Source: Macrostomum lignano (lineage: Eukaryota). From it: 64,000 nucleotides of DNA. The stretch covers positions 372,001-436,000 of the forward strand of contig NIVC01000655.1 of NCBI GenBank assembly GCA_002269645.1, written 5' to 3'. How positions within the stretch are numbered: the stretch's first letter is position 1; each line of letters opens with the position of its first letter. The translations under genes were made by a program, and so were the position numbers. This document shows positions 25,201 to 39,634 of the stretch, piece by piece. The notes beneath the pieces are model-generated. The model did not search any database. It saw nothing but the letters and a program-made list of their open reading frames with translations, and was not told where the DNA came from.

Positions 25201-26121
25201 CTTCAGGCAGTGAGCTTCAGGGTCTATCTGAATCTTTCATCTCTTCAGGCAGTGAGCTTCAGGGTCTTATCTGAATCTTTCATCTCTTCAGGCAGTGAGC
25301 TTCAGGGTCTATCTGAATCTTTCATCTCTTCAGGCAGTGAGCTTCAGGGTCTATCTGAATATTTCATCTCTTTAGGCAGTGAGCTTCAGGGTCTTATCTG
25401 AATCTTTCATCTCTTCAGGCAGTGAGCTTCAGGGTCTTATCTGAATCTTTCATCTCTTCAGGCAGTGAGCTTCAGGGTCTATCTGAATCTTTCATCTCTT
25501 CAGGCAGTGAGCTTCAGGGTCTATCTGAATCTTTCATCTCTTCAGGCAGTGAGCTTCAGTATCTATCTGAATCTTTCATCTCTTCAGGCAGTGAGCTTCA
25601 GGGTCTTATCTGAATCTTTCATCTCTTCAGGCAGTGAGCTTCAGGGTCTATCTGAATCTTTCATCTCTTCAGGCAGTGAGCTTCAGGGTCTATCTGAATC
25701 TTTCATCTCTTCAGGCAGTGAGCTTCAGGGTCTATCTGAATCTTTCATCTCTTCAGGCAGTGAGCTTCAGGGTCTATCTGAATCTTTCATCTCTTCAGGC
25801 AGTGAGCTTCAGGGTCTATCTGAATCTTTCATCTCTTCAGGCAGTGAGCTTCAGGGTCTATCTGAATCTTTCATCTCTTTAGGCAGTGAGCTTCAGGGTC
25901 TATCTGAATCTTTCATCTCTTTAGGCAGTGAGCTTCAGGGTCTATCTGAATCTTTCATCTCTTCAGGCAGTGAGCTTCAGGTTCTATCTGAATCTTTCAT
26001 CTCTTCAGGCAGTGAGCTTCAGGGTCTATCTGAATCTTTCATCTCTTCAGGCAGTGAGCTTCAGGGTCTATCTGAATCTTTCATCTCTTCAGGCAGTGAG
26101 CTTCAGGTTCTATCTGAATCA
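22243..26121. repeat. 42/43-bp satellite, about 90 copies, in EB1 intron 1
   Basis: Unit tctatctgaatctttcatctcttcaggcagtgagcttcaggg; identical spurious ORFs recur at a 1313-bp offset. Confidence 0.95.
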
Positions 26122-26442
26122 TAACACTGGTTATAAAGTAACTATTGAACTGATATAACTTAATTAGCTTACTTATTAACCTCTCTTAGCGAACTTGGTT
26201 TTATTAACTATCGATAACTGTGTGTCTCGCAGCCAATATGCAGGCTCTAATAGTCTGATTGTTCTTATTGTATTGTCAGTGTCCGTTTTAATTTCACATC
26301 ATAAAAAATCCTGTTCGTTTTTTTCTATAGAATTTTTGTTATAAGTGTCCCTTGCTTGCTACTTAGTAGTAGCAACAATGAGTAGTAGTCAGATGTTTGA
26401 ATTGTGCCTAATCTTGTACTGATTTTTTTCACTAAATTACAG

Positions 26443-26549
26443 GCACCCTGAACATGAAGCGAGTGAAATTCAACACTAATTTGGAGCACGAGTACATTAG
26501 CAACTTCAAAGTGTTGCAGGCCCTATTTAGAAAGCACGGAGTCGACAAG
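26443..26549 (+). CDS. MAPRE1: EB1/MAPRE, exon 2
   Basis: Acceptor aaattacag; (G)[35 protein letters not shown]; donor aag|gtaaga. Not in the ORF track; found by reading the sequence. Confidence 0.92.
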
Positions 26550-27283
26550 GTAAGAAAATCTGGTTAAATCTGGTTAAAAATATGAAAGCTTTGTTTTGCT
26601 TTTAGTTTTTAGCTTTGCTTTTTTAGAAGATTACCTTATCTCCCGACTTTTGCTGAGTGACTTTTTACTCTTTGCGCTGTGAATTGCTTTTAAATTATTT
26701 GTCCCTTCAATCAAGAATGCTAAAATAGCAGTAATGATTGCCTGTCTTGTAGTACTCCTACTTTTGTAATTAGCTGTTTTTTGCGAAAAAAACCTACTGG
26801 AAAATAAATTTGTGATTCTTGTCTTAAGAATATAAAGTTTATACACTCAGCCACAACTCATTTCTACAGTCAGCCACAGCTCATTTCTACAGTCAGCCAC
26901 AACTCATTTCTGCCAGTACAGTCACCCACAAACAACCCTTAAAATCAGTCTTACAAATCATATTTTTAGTTTCTAAAATCCTCCGCTTAGTCTTTCATTT
27001 TCTTTTCTATCAGTTGTTAGCTGATAGCTAGACAATTTGACTTTAACAAGACTTAAGGTGCATGATATGTTTCACATCTTTTGAATTGTCACGAAACACG
27101 AACTGACACAACCTAAGCCTCACCGTGTGCGAACCTTATGTCTCTGCAATTATCATTTTGATTGATTAATTTCTTGTGTAATTATTAATCTCCATTAGCT
27201 TGTCGCTCTCGCATCAACTCAGCCCAGCTAATCTCAGCAGCTGCTGCTTTTAGTTTAATGGCCCAGTTACTTCTGCGTTCTCT

Positions 27284-27308
27284 ATCTGTGTGTCTGTCTG
27301 TCTCTACC

Positions 27309-27363
<55 letters not shown>

Positions 27364-27372
27364 GTGTCTGAC

Positions 27373-27407
<35 letters not shown>

Positions 27408-27424
27408 GTGTCTGTGTGTCTGAC

Positions 27425-27495
<71 letters not shown>

Positions 27496-27496
27496 G

Positions 27497-27577
<81 letters not shown>

Positions 27578-27618
27578 TAGTGTCTGTCTGTGTGTCTGAC
27601 TGTCTGTCTGTCTTAGTA

Positions 27619-27651
<33 letters not shown>

Positions 27652-27652
27652 G

Positions 27653-27697
<45 letters not shown>

Positions 27698-27734
27698 GAC
27701 TGACTGTGTGTCTGACTGTCTGTTTGTCTGTCCT

Positions 27735-27769
<35 letters not shown>

Positions 27770-27795
27770 TAGTGTTGTCTGTCTGTCTGTCTTTC
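27284..27795. repeat. (TCTG)n microsatellite in EB1 intron 2
   Basis: Direct inspection; includes ttag and tgac interruptions. Confidence 0.95.
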
Positions 27796-27839
27796 TATCC
27801 GTATGTCGCTCACTGCCAGCCGCCCCCCCCCCCGCCCAG

Positions 27840-28184
27840 GAGGTGCCAATCGAGCGCCTGGTGAACGCCCGCTTTCAGGACAACTTCGAGTTCGTGCAGT
27901 GGTTCAAGCGCTTTTTCGACGCGAACTATTCGGGCGCCGCGTACGATCCCGTGGCCGCTAGGAACGGCTCCTCAGTTGGAGCTGCGGCATCCCCGGCGGC
28001 CGCCGCCGCGCCCTGCGCAGTGCACCCGGCGTGGGGCGGCAGGACACGCCTCGCCGCTGCAACGGGGACTGTCGGCGGCTCCAGGCTGGCGGCTGCCAGA
28101 CGCTCGCCAAATGTCGGCGTCCCCGCCAAGCAGCAGCAGCAGCAGCACTCGTCAGCGTCTAGGTCTTCGTCAATCACTGCGGGG
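27840..28184 (+). CDS. MAPRE1: EB1/MAPRE, exon 3
   Basis: Acceptor cccgcccag; [30 protein letters not shown] followed by a low-complexity linker; donor ggg|gtgagt, phase 0. Confidence 0.92.
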
Positions 28185-28245
28185 GTGAGTCGTCAAGCGG
28201 CCTTTTTGAATGCTGTGGTTTCTGTAGTGACTCGCTTTAGCTGTT

Positions 28246-29634
28246 CTTGAATGTCCCGATGCTACTATCCAGCTGTCCTTGAATGCCCCAATGCTACTAT
28301 CCAGTGGGCCTTGAATATCCCGATGCTACTATCCAGTGGGCCTTGAATATCCCGATGCTACTATCCAGTGGGCCTTGAATATCCCGATGCTACTATCCAG
28401 TGGGCCTTGAATGTCCCGATGCTACTATCCAGCTGTCCTGAATGTCCCGATGCTACTATCCAGCTGTTCTTGAATGTCCCGATGCTACTATCCAGCTGTC
28501 CTTGAATGTCCCGATGCTACTATCCAGCTTCCTTGAATGTCCCGATGCTACTATCCAGTGGGCCTTGAATGTCCCGATGCTACTATCCAGCTGTCCTGAA
28601 TGTCCCGATGCTACTATCCAGCTGTTCTTGAATGTCCCGATGCTACTATCCAGCTGTCCTTGAATGTCCCGATGCTACTATCCAGCTTCCTTGAATGTCC
28701 CGATGCTAGTACTATCCAGTGGGCCTTGAATATCCCGATGCTACTATCCAGTGGGCCTTGAATGTCCCGATGCTACTATCCAGCTGTCCTGAATGTCCCG
28801 ATGCTACTATCCAGCTGTTCTTGAATGTCCCGATGCTACTATCCAGCTGTCCTTGAATGTCCCGATGCTACTATCCAGCTTCCTTGAATGTCCCGATGCT
28901 ACTATCCAGTGGGCCTTGAATGTCCCGATGCTACTATCCAGCTGTCCTGAATGTCCCGATGCTACTATCCAGCTGTTCTTGAATGTCCCGATGCTACTAT
29001 CCAGCTGTCCTTGAATGTCCCGATGCTACTATCCAGCTTCCTTGAATGTCCCGATGCTAGTACTATCCAGTGGGCCTTGAATATCCCGATGCTACTATCC
29101 AGTGGGCCTTGAATGTCCCGATGCTACTATCCAGCTGTCCTGAATGTCCCGATGCTACTATCCAGCTGTTCTTGAATGTCCCGATGCTACTATCCAGCTT
29201 CCTTGAATGTCCCGATGCTAGTACTATCCAGTGGGCCTTGAATATCCCGATGCTACTATCCAGTGGGCCTTGAATGTCCCGATGCTACTATCCAATGGGC
29301 CTTGAATGTCCCGATGCTACTATCCAGCTGTCCTTGAATGTCCTGATGCTACTATCCAGTGGGCCTTGAATGCCCTGATGCTACTATCCAGTGATCCTTG
29401 AATGCCCTGATGCTACTATCCAGTGATCCTTGAATGCCCTGATGCTACTATCCAGCGATCCTTGAATGTCCCGATGCTACTATCCAGTGGGCCTTGAATG
29501 TCCCGATGCTACTATCCAGTGGGCCTTGAATGTCCCGATGCTACTATCCAGCGATCCTTGAATATCCCGATGCTACTATCCAGTGGGCCTTGAATGTCCT
29601 GATGCTAGTATCCAGCGATCCTTGAATGTCCCTA
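28246..29634. repeat. About 32-bp minisatellite filling EB1 intron 3
   Basis: Unit ttgaatgtcccgatgctactatccagctgtcc; 351-bp higher-order period (28442 vs 28793). Confidence 0.95.
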
Positions 29635-29723
29635 AGCCTATCATTGAATTACTAAGGTTATGAGCGTTACGAGCCATTTGCAAATCGAATATAAAAATAT
29701 TAAAATGCTCTCAAAACACCCAG

Positions 29724-30056
29724 CGCCACGCGGCAGCGTCCCATCCGCAGCAGCAGCAGCAGCATCAGAGTCAACAGCTGGCCGAGTTAAAGCGTCAATT
29801 AGAGGAATTATCGCTTCAACAGGCAGACGCTCAGACAACTATTGATAGCCTAGTTCGCGAGAGGGACTTCTACTTTGGCAAGCTGCGTAATGTTGAAATA
29901 ATCTGCCAAGAGGCCAATCAAACGCCCACAGTTAAAGCTATCTTAGATGTGCTGTACCAGACTGAGGAAGGCTTCGCCCCGCCTGACAGTGTCAGTCAGG
30001 CTGCTGACATTCCAAATTCGGCCGAAAACGGCTGCGGTGATGGCGACGATTTTTGA
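29724..30056 (+). CDS. MAPRE1: EB1/MAPRE, exon 4 (coiled coil and EBH domain)
   Basis: ERDFYFGKLRNVEIICQE...ILDVLYQTEEGFAPP...GDDF*. Acceptor acacccag at 29721-29723 is inferred; a nearby cag in the CAG run is an alternative. Confidence 0.88.
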   Translation, partial: RHAAASHPQQQQQHQSQQLAELKRQLEELSLQQADAQTTIDSLVRERDFYFGKLRNVEIICQEANQTPTVKAILDVLYQTEEGFAPPDSVSQAADIPNSAENGCGDGDDF

Positions 30057-30378
30057 GTTAAAGGTCTTGGGATTGATTTTGAAATTTGATTGGCTTTTTT
30101 TACAGACTCGCGTGCACAGAGCACTTTATGTAGGGCGCCGCACGGGCAGGCACACTTTGCTAGGATGCTAGGATTTTCTTTCTGACTTTTCCTTATTCTG
30201 TTGTTTTGATTTTTTTCAGTCTTTTGTTTGAATTTTTGCTTCTGCTTCCTAGTGAAAATATGGGTTTTGAATCCAATGTACATTCGCTCGTCAATGCTGA
30301 CTTAGTTGGGTATTTACATTGGGGCCAAGAAACTGGAATTAAATGCAAGAGTTAGACCCAGGCTGTTGTGTTCGAGCG

Positions 30379-30838
30379 ATGTACATTGGGGCCTGGGGTA
30401 GAGGAGTGCCGCTGAATCTCTGGCACAAATAAAGTTTAAATAGCTAGGAGTTGAATAGAGATAAGGGCTGTTTTGCATAACCAATGTACATTGGGGATGG
30501 GGGTAGAAGAGTGCCGCTGAATCTCTGGCACAAATAAAGTTTAAATAGCTAGGAGTGGAATGAAGGTTTTGCATGACCAATGTACATTGGGGATGGGGGT
30601 AGAAGAGTGCCGCTAAATCTCTGGCACAAATAAAGTTTAAATAGCTAGGAGTGGAATGAAGGTTTTGCATGACCAATGTACATTGGGGATGGGGTAGAAG
30701 AGTGCCGCTGAATCTCTGGCACAAATAAAGTTTAAATAGCTAGGAGTGGAATGAAGGTTTTGCATGACCAATGTACATTGGGGATGGGGTAGAAGAGTGC
30801 CGCTAAATCTCTGGCACAAATAAAGTTTAAATAGCTAA
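30379..30838. repeat. About 96-bp tandem repeat, about 5 copies, downstream of the EB1 stop
   Basis: caatgtacattgggg...gttttgcatgac recurs at 30482, 30578, 30674 and 30769. Confidence 0.9.
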
Positions 30839-32291
30839 TAATAAGGACTGTTTTCGGTTTCATGTTTTTTTCTATACTGTTTTCAGAGCCTGCATAGTTT
30901 TTTTATTTTGTCTCTTTTGATTGTGTTTTGTTCAAAATTGCACTTATAGTGAACAAATTCATATTTTCATGCCACATTTTATCATTGTGAAGTATTTCTT
31001 TCTAGCTCTTCTAAAAAATTATGAATTGCTTTTCAATTTTAGCTATCAGATATATTGTAAAACAACGCTCGTGTATGAAGAACTTTTTTTGGGACCAGCA
31101 TTGCCATCTTGCAATCATTGCGCTGTATTAGGAGTTTTAGTTGCTTTATTAGTTTATTCTTCCATTCCTTCTATGTTTGATTCGTGCAGGAATTTTACGC
31201 AAGTCACTGTGCTTGTTTTGGCTGGGCGCCTTGTTTCCCTTATTTTCATTCTTTGTCAAATTTTTGTGCTGTTTATACCTCGCGTCAAAGCTATATTGTC
31301 AATGCTTTTTAGCAAAAAAAGTTATTATTCTTGAAAGCTCTCGCAATTTTTGAGTTGTCAAAATCTGACAAAGGACACTAGCTTGGAAAATAGCTTTTAG
31401 TCCACTTATTAACACAGCAACATTGATTTGTTTGCGCTTATTTCGGCAATTCCATGAACAATTTTGTGTTTTTGTTGCTTTCGTTTTGTTAAAATTGACG
31501 CCGAGAATGCCTGCGTGACCAATTTGTTATTATATTAGTGCAAATCTATTTACAACAGTGTGCATAGAGAGTCAGACAAATACACAGAACCAGGCCCTTC
31601 GGATATATGATTTCATTTTTGTATTATATAGAATTACGAATACCCACTAATTCGTTAACAATTTCAGTTTATGGTCCTTTTTCATTCTTTACCTAATCTA
31701 CTCAGCAGTAGATTAGCGGGTGTACTCGGATGATTACTAGAATTTAGCAGATAGCTAGCAGACTCTGGACTGGGAGCGGCCGGCTGTAAGGAAGATGTAA
31801 AATCCAGAGCTCATCCGAGATTGACTGAGGTCAGCTGGGGATGCTAATCATGCTATACTACATGTATGTAGGCCCAGAAGGCGAGTGCGAAAACTAGTTT
31901 GGGGGACTGGGGGAGGGGAAGCCCGATCAATGACTTTTTAAATTGTACATTGCACGCTGGCCCGCTGTGGGGTTGAATGTACAGTGCAGTCTGGGGGGTT
32001 CTCTGCCAACCTCCCTTATCCAGGGGGGGAATGTACATTCACGCAAGCGCCGCGGGAAGGGGGGAGAGAAAACTGGACAGAGGGTGAGTAAGAACCGGAC
32101 AGGACGGGGTAAAGGAGTTATGATGCGTTCTGTATGTAATGGAGAGTTTGGAATGAACTGGATCTCCAGTTTATTAAAAGCCAGCAGTGCATCGAGTACT
32201 TAAAGAAGAAATATATCACTTCTTACGCTCGTATTATTAAGTTAGTTATTTTTAATTCACGGTTTTTATACACAGCAAACGCATCAGTATA

Positions 32292-32462
32292 ATGTCGTCC
32301 GGCCCGAGGACAGTGCTAATCGCAGTCGACGAAAGCGACCATTCTAGGCAGGCGTTTCGCTGGTTCGTCAGCGAACTGTTTCGCCCGGACGATCGTGTTA
32401 TAGTCTATCACTCCGCTGAGGCGCCCAGCTTGCCCAATGTCACCATGTCTTCTCCAATTTCT
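32292..32462 (+). CDS. Universal stress protein (UspA domain), exon 1
   Basis: RTVLIAVDESDHSRQAFRWF...DDRVIVYH is the USP N-terminal motif; donor tct|gtaagt, phase 0. Confidence 0.9.
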
Positions 32463-32904
32463 GTAAGTGGAAAGTAGGATTCATCATTCGATTCGAGTCA
32501 GAATTTCGTTGCTATGCATTGTATCTTTACACAGAAATACTGCAGTATGAAAAGTTATTATAGTTTTCATTTTTCTATGCAAATTAGAGTCGAATTTTTA
32601 ATAATATAAGATGTCTTATGCAAATCAATTCTTATATCCCATGAGAATGAAAATGAGAAAACCCTCGGCTTTTGTAGCCATAAACTAAAACGAGTGTGCG
32701 TACGAGCGTTAATTTAAATTAACCAAATCTATACTGTAAGTAACTCCTTCATGATTTATTCCCACTTCAATACAATAGTCTATATCGTTGCAGTATTTAA
32801 AAAGTATATGCAAATTGAAAATTGAATGCTTGATTTGGATAAATAGGAAAGATATGAAAGAATGGGGATATTTTAAAGAATGGGGAAGATTGGAAGAGAA
32901 TTAG

Positions 32905-33325
32905 GGAGATTCGAAGAGACTGGGAGGAGATTCGAAGAGTCTGGGGGAGATTCGAAGAGACTGGGGGAGATTCGAAGAGACTGGGGGAGATTCGAAGAGA
33001 CTGGGGAAGATTCGAAGAGACTTGGGGAGATTCGAAGAGACTGGGGGAGATTCGAAGAGACTGGGGGAGATTCGAAGAGACTGGGGGAGATTCGAAGAGA
33101 CGGGGGGGAGATTCGAAGAGACTGGGGGAGATTCGAAGAGACTGGGGGAGATTCGAAGAGACTGGGGAAGATTCGAAGAGACTGGGGGAGATTCGAAGAG
33201 ACTGGGGGAGATTCGAAGAGACTGGGGGAGATTCGAAGAGACTGGGGGAGATTCGAAGAGACTGGGGGAGATTCGAAGAGACGGGGGGGAGATTCGAAGA
33301 GACTGGGGGAGATTCGAAGAGACTT
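32905..33325. repeat. 20-bp G-tract minisatellite in the USP intron
   Basis: Unit actgggggagattcgaagag, about 20 copies. Confidence 0.95.
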
Positions 33326-33356
33326 AAAGCCAAGGTGCACGACCCTAACCGCGCAG

Positions 33357-33671
33357 GTCCCAGTGGGTGACTGGCACCGGATCCTCATGAGCCGGCTGGA
33401 GGCCATGCGAGCCCTGGAGGACGAGTACACCGTCAGGGCTCGCGACTCGGACATTCGCAACTTTCAGTTCGTAGCGGAGAACAGCCGACACCCCGGCGAA
33501 GCGATCGTGGAGGCGTCCAACCGGTTCAACGTCAGTCACATTGTCATCGGGTGCCGCGGTCTCGGCTCGCTTCGTCGTGCCTTCCTTGGCTCCGTGTCTG
33601 ACTACGTGGCGCGCAATGCCTTTGTACCAACCAGCATCGTGCCGGCTGCTTGCAGCGGCGATAGGGAGTGA
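33357..33671 (+). CDS. Universal stress protein, exon 2
   Basis: Acceptor ccctaaccgcgcag; PGEAIV...SHIVIGCRGLGSLRRAFLGSVSDYVARNAFVPTSIVP contains the G-2X-G-9X-GS ATP-binding USP motif. Confidence 0.92.
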   Translation, partial: VPVGDWHRILMSRLEAMRALEDEYTVRARDSDIRNFQFVAENSRHPGEAIVEASNRFNVSHIVIGCRGLGSLRRAFLGSVSDYVARNAFVPTSIVPAACSGDRE

Positions 33672-33871
33672 AGATGGATTAACGTTGACAGTTAATTAGG
33701 CTTTAGGCGTTGAATTCATTTATATAAGAGTATATAACTTATTAGCTGTTTTTTATCCTATCATTAGTCTGTCGTGTCGTTTTGGACCAGTGATCCAAAG
33801 TAATTAATTCCGTTTGTCTTTTCTTCTGTACTTAGAAGGATAACTTATTATCCATCTTTCTAACTGCAGGA

Positions 33872-34436
33872 GTCCCATTCCAATCCTTGAAATCCCATTT
33901 CGATCCCTTAAGAACCCCATTTTTGATCCCTTAAAAATCATTCCGATCCCTTAAAAATCCCATTCCGATTCCTTAAAAGTCCCATTCCGATTCCTTAAAA
34001 AATCCCATTCCGATCCCCTAAGATCCCATTCCGATCCCATAGAAATCCCATTCCGATCCCTTGAAATCCCATTCCGATCCCTTAGAAATCCCATTCCGAT
34101 TCCTTAAAAGTCCCATTCCGATTCCTTAAAAATCCCATTCCGATCCCCTAGAAATCCCATTCCGATCCCTTGAAATCCCATTCCGATTCCTTAAAAGTCC
34201 CATTCCGATTCCTTAAAAATCCCATTCCGATCCCCTAAGATCCCATCCCGATTCCTTAAAAATCCCATTCCGATCCCATAAAAAATCCCATTCCGATTCC
34301 TTAAAAATCCCATTCCGATCCCATAAAATCCCATTCCGATTCCTTAAAAATCCTATTCCGAATCTTAAAGTCCCATTCCGATCCCTTAGAAATCCCATTC
34401 CGATCCCATAAAATTCCCAATCCGATCCCTTATAAA
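33872..34436. repeat. About 22-bp minisatellite (cccattccgatccct..aaat)
   Basis: Tandem degenerate copies. Confidence 0.85.
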
Positions 34437-34859
34437 TCCTATTTAGATACCTTGTTTGAATAAGAATGAATAATCCAATTTATCTTTAAAAAAGTCCATT
34501 GCAACCGTAATCATTTTAATTAGTGCCGACACGAAACAAATTACTCAAATTTGCTTTACCTTTAGCGTTAGTTTCTTCGATCCTCAATAGTAATAGCTGT
34601 GAGTCATGTCAGCCTAGTCTAGTTAAACACCTTTGCTGACCCTTTAGTGTATTAGACTGTCTGGCTCTGTGTTCAATAAAGCAATTATAATTTAATTCTT
34701 TCTTGTTAGTGTCTTATTACAAAAAATGTTGGGTTTCTGTACATGCATGCACGAGTGGCACAGAGACAGAGTCTATTAAAATATTTTACGAGAATCTGTG
34801 TGATCATGTGTAAAATGAAGGCTTTTCCATCTGTAAATGACACGCTATGCCCATAAATG

Positions 34860-35060
34860 ACACACTATGACCAGAATATGACACTCTATGACCAGAATAT
34901 GACGCACTCCTATGACCAGAATGTGGCGCACTCCATGACCGAAATGTGGCGCACTCTATGACTGGAATGTGGCGCACTCTATGACCAGAATGTGGCACAC
35001 TATGACCGAAATGTGGCGCACTCTATGACCGAAATGTGGCGCACTCCATGACCAGAATGA
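34860..35060. repeat. About 22-bp tandem repeat (cactctatgaccagaatgtggcg)
   Basis: About 8 degenerate copies. Confidence 0.8.
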
Positions 35061-35534
35061 GGCGTTATCTATGGTTATGTTACGGCTATAATATCATGTC
35101 CCTAATCCCTTTCTACCTTCCTCATTCCTAGCTGTTTCCCTTACCCCTCTCCCTGTCTCCCTCACCCCTCTCCACCCTCACTTATCACAATTTTCCTGAG
35201 GCGGGGATCAATGTTATTTAAGCGAAAAAATAGTACGTTCTGTTTTGCTCCGAGAGTTGATCCAGGTAATCGCGAACCTCTGGGGTGACCCCTCGCGTTA
35301 AACTTTCTGATCCCCATAATAAATCGGAGTGCTAATTAGCAGATCAAACTCGTTCAACTATCGAATTCCATTCCGTAATTGTTAGCCGGGGGCGCCGTTG
35401 TTCAGAAGAAAATTTTCAAACCCTCCTCTCAGATCGACAGGTGTTAAAACGAAGTGTGTCCTTGATTATGCTGATGTAAACAGCTAGGGGATAATAGTAT
35501 AGTACTTGGGCTAGTGATGCGTTTGCCGCCGTAA

Positions 35535-36310
35535 GGATGAGGGAGACAGGGAAGGTGAGGTAGACAATTGGGGATGAGGGAGACAGAAGGATGAGGGAGA
35601 CAGATAGGAATGAAGTAGACAGAGAGAGATGAGGGAGACAGGGATGCGGGATACAAAAGGGATGAGGGAGACAGAGGGGTGAGGGAGACAGATAGGAATG
35701 AAGTAGACAGAGAGAGATGAGGGAGACAGGGATGCGGGATACAAAAGGGATGAGGGAGACAGAGGGGTGAGGGAGACAGATAGGAATGAAGTAGACAGAG
35801 AGAGATGAGGGAGACAGGGATGCGGGATACAGAAGGGATGAGGGAGACAGAGGGGTGAGGGAGACAGAGAGGAATGAGGTAGACAGAGAGAGATGAGGGA
35901 GACAGGGGGATGAGGGAGACAGAGGTATGAGGGAGACAGAGGGGTGAGGGAGACAGAGAGGAATGAGGTAGACAGAGAGGGATGACGAAGACAGAGATGA
36001 GGGAGACAGGGGGATGAGGAAGACAGAGGGATGAGGGAGACAGAGGGATGCGGGAGACAGAGGGATGAGGGAGACAGAGGGATGCGGGAGATAGAGAGAT
36101 GAGAGAGACAGAGGGATGAGGGAGACAGAGGGATGAGGGAGACAGAGGGATGCGGGAGACAGAGGGATGAGGGAGACAGAGGGATGTGGGAGACAGAGGG
36201 ATGAGGGAGACAGAGGGATGCGGGAGACAGAGGGATGACGAAGACAGAGATGAGGGAGACAGAGGGATGCGGGAGACAGAGGGATGAGGGAGACAGGGAT
36301 GAGGTAAACA
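35535..36310. repeat. Purine-rich minisatellite (gggatgagggagacaga)
   Basis: Strongly G/A-skewed tandem array with internal larger duplications. Confidence 0.9.
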
Positions 36311-36784
36311 GATCAGCAGTAGATATTTTTGCCAGTCTGTCTTTTACCTCAAAAAGAATTTCTCCATGCTGTCAGTTGTCTGGCGATGCAGCGCAAGGGA
36401 GGAGAATTTAATATCGGTGAGCTAAACAGATCGGTCTCTAGGGGGAGGGGGAGAAGTAGAGAATCGAGCTGCAAGTAATCCTCTATATTCGTACATCAAT
36501 TTGAACGAATACAAATGAAGTGAGTCTCCTGCGTGTTTACTGTAGTACGACTACTCAAGTGGGAAATTTAATTTTTGAGTTGAGTTACCCAAAAAATATT
36601 CGATCCATCATCTCTGCTGCCAGCCTCGGTCTGGGAGCCCGTAAAGAGATTATCGTCTACTAGCCAATGGTAATCCCGCTCCTGCTTCGATTGATTATGA
36701 ATGAACGAAGAAAAAATGGAGCCTTTAGTAAGCAGTGCATTGTAAAGTTGTCCATATGACTTTCAGGAAAGTTCGAATGCAATA

Positions 36785-37440
36785 CAGATCCCAATCTTTA
36801 ATCCTTCAGATCCCGATCTTTAATCCCTCAGATCCCGATCTTTAATCCCTCAGATGCCGATCTTTAATCCCTCAGATCCCGATATTTAATCCTTCAGATC
36901 CTGATCTTTAACCTCTCAGATCCCTTTTAATTTAGTCTCTTCAGATCTCGATCTTAAAGGGAGATTAAGAGCGAGTGAGAGTAGAGAGGGAGAGTGAGAT
37001 AAGAGAGGAAGAGTGAGAGTAGAAAGGGAAGGTAAGAGTAAAGAGGAAGAGTGAGAGTAGAGAGGGAGAGTGAGAGTAGAGAGGGAGAGTGAGAGTAGAG
37101 AGGAAGAGTGAGAGTAAGAGAGGGAGAGTGAGAGTAGATAGGGAGAGTGAGAGTACAGAGGGAGATTAAGATAAGAGAGGAAGAGTGAGAGTAGAAAGGG
37201 AAGGTGAGAGTAGAGAGGAAGAGTGAGAATAGAAATGGAAGGTGAGAGTAGAGAGGAAGAGTGAGAGTAGAGAGGGAGAGTGAGAGTAGAGAGGGAGAGT
37301 GAGAGTAGAGAGGGAGATTGAGATAAGAGAGGAAGAGCGAGAGTAGAAAGGGAGGGTGAGTGTAGAGAGGAAGAGCGAGAGTAGAGAGGGAAAGTGAGAG
37401 TAGAGAGGGAAAGTGAGGGTGAAGGGAGTGGGAGATTAGG
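36785..37440. repeat. Adjacent 22-bp (cagatcccgatctttaatccct) array and GA-rich (gagagtagagaggga) array
   Basis: First array 36785-36955, second 36960-37440. Confidence 0.85.
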
Positions 37441-38054
37441 GAGGTCGCATCGGAGTCAATTGCGAGACATGGCTAATTACAATTTGCATAAATTAGTGGT
37501 GGCTTGGGCAATGTAAATTTAATTGGTCTTCTCGGATAAATGAGCCTCATAAACTTGAGCCCCGTGACCTTCATATAAATGAAGCACCTGACTCATTCTG
37601 AACAGGACTACTCTTTGTTGTTGCTAACAAATCTATTTTCCCAGGGTCTCCGTAAATACTCCTACAATTTGTATTAAATAAGCGTACATATTATAGCTGA
37701 TCCTTGAGAGCGAATTACCACTCAGCCTGATGATGTGGGCACATTGTGTAAAGCCGAGCTTACAAGGAGCTCGAGGCTGGATAAACTCCAGTATAGGCCT
37801 TTTAATACCATTTTCAGTTACATGCGGGACTGGGGAACAACACATAATCCAGTATATCCACCGAACTGGGATGGTTTTCCGTTACACCTCGGTAATTCAT
37901 CAGAGGGGGGCAAACTTATTGAAGGCTTAATTTTGTCATGTGTTTTGGAACGAAATTAGAATACCTTAGTTAAGCTGCTAATCTGGTTTTACCAAGCTAT
38001 TATTTTCTTAAAGTACAACTGGAGTTCAGGGGCAGGCCATGGAAATTCCAGCAA

Positions 38055-39634
<1,580 letters not shown>

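Noticed and set aside
22243-26121. CRISPR-like array
   Set aside because: Head-to-tail monomers with no unique spacers and no cas genes; it lies in a eukaryotic intron. The same applies to the other 20-43-bp arrays.
32880-33356. Repeat-encoded N-terminal extension fused in frame to USP exon 2
   Set aside because: A canonical exon 1 supplies the real USP N-terminus in the correct phase; the 20-bp unit is simply stop-free on this strand.
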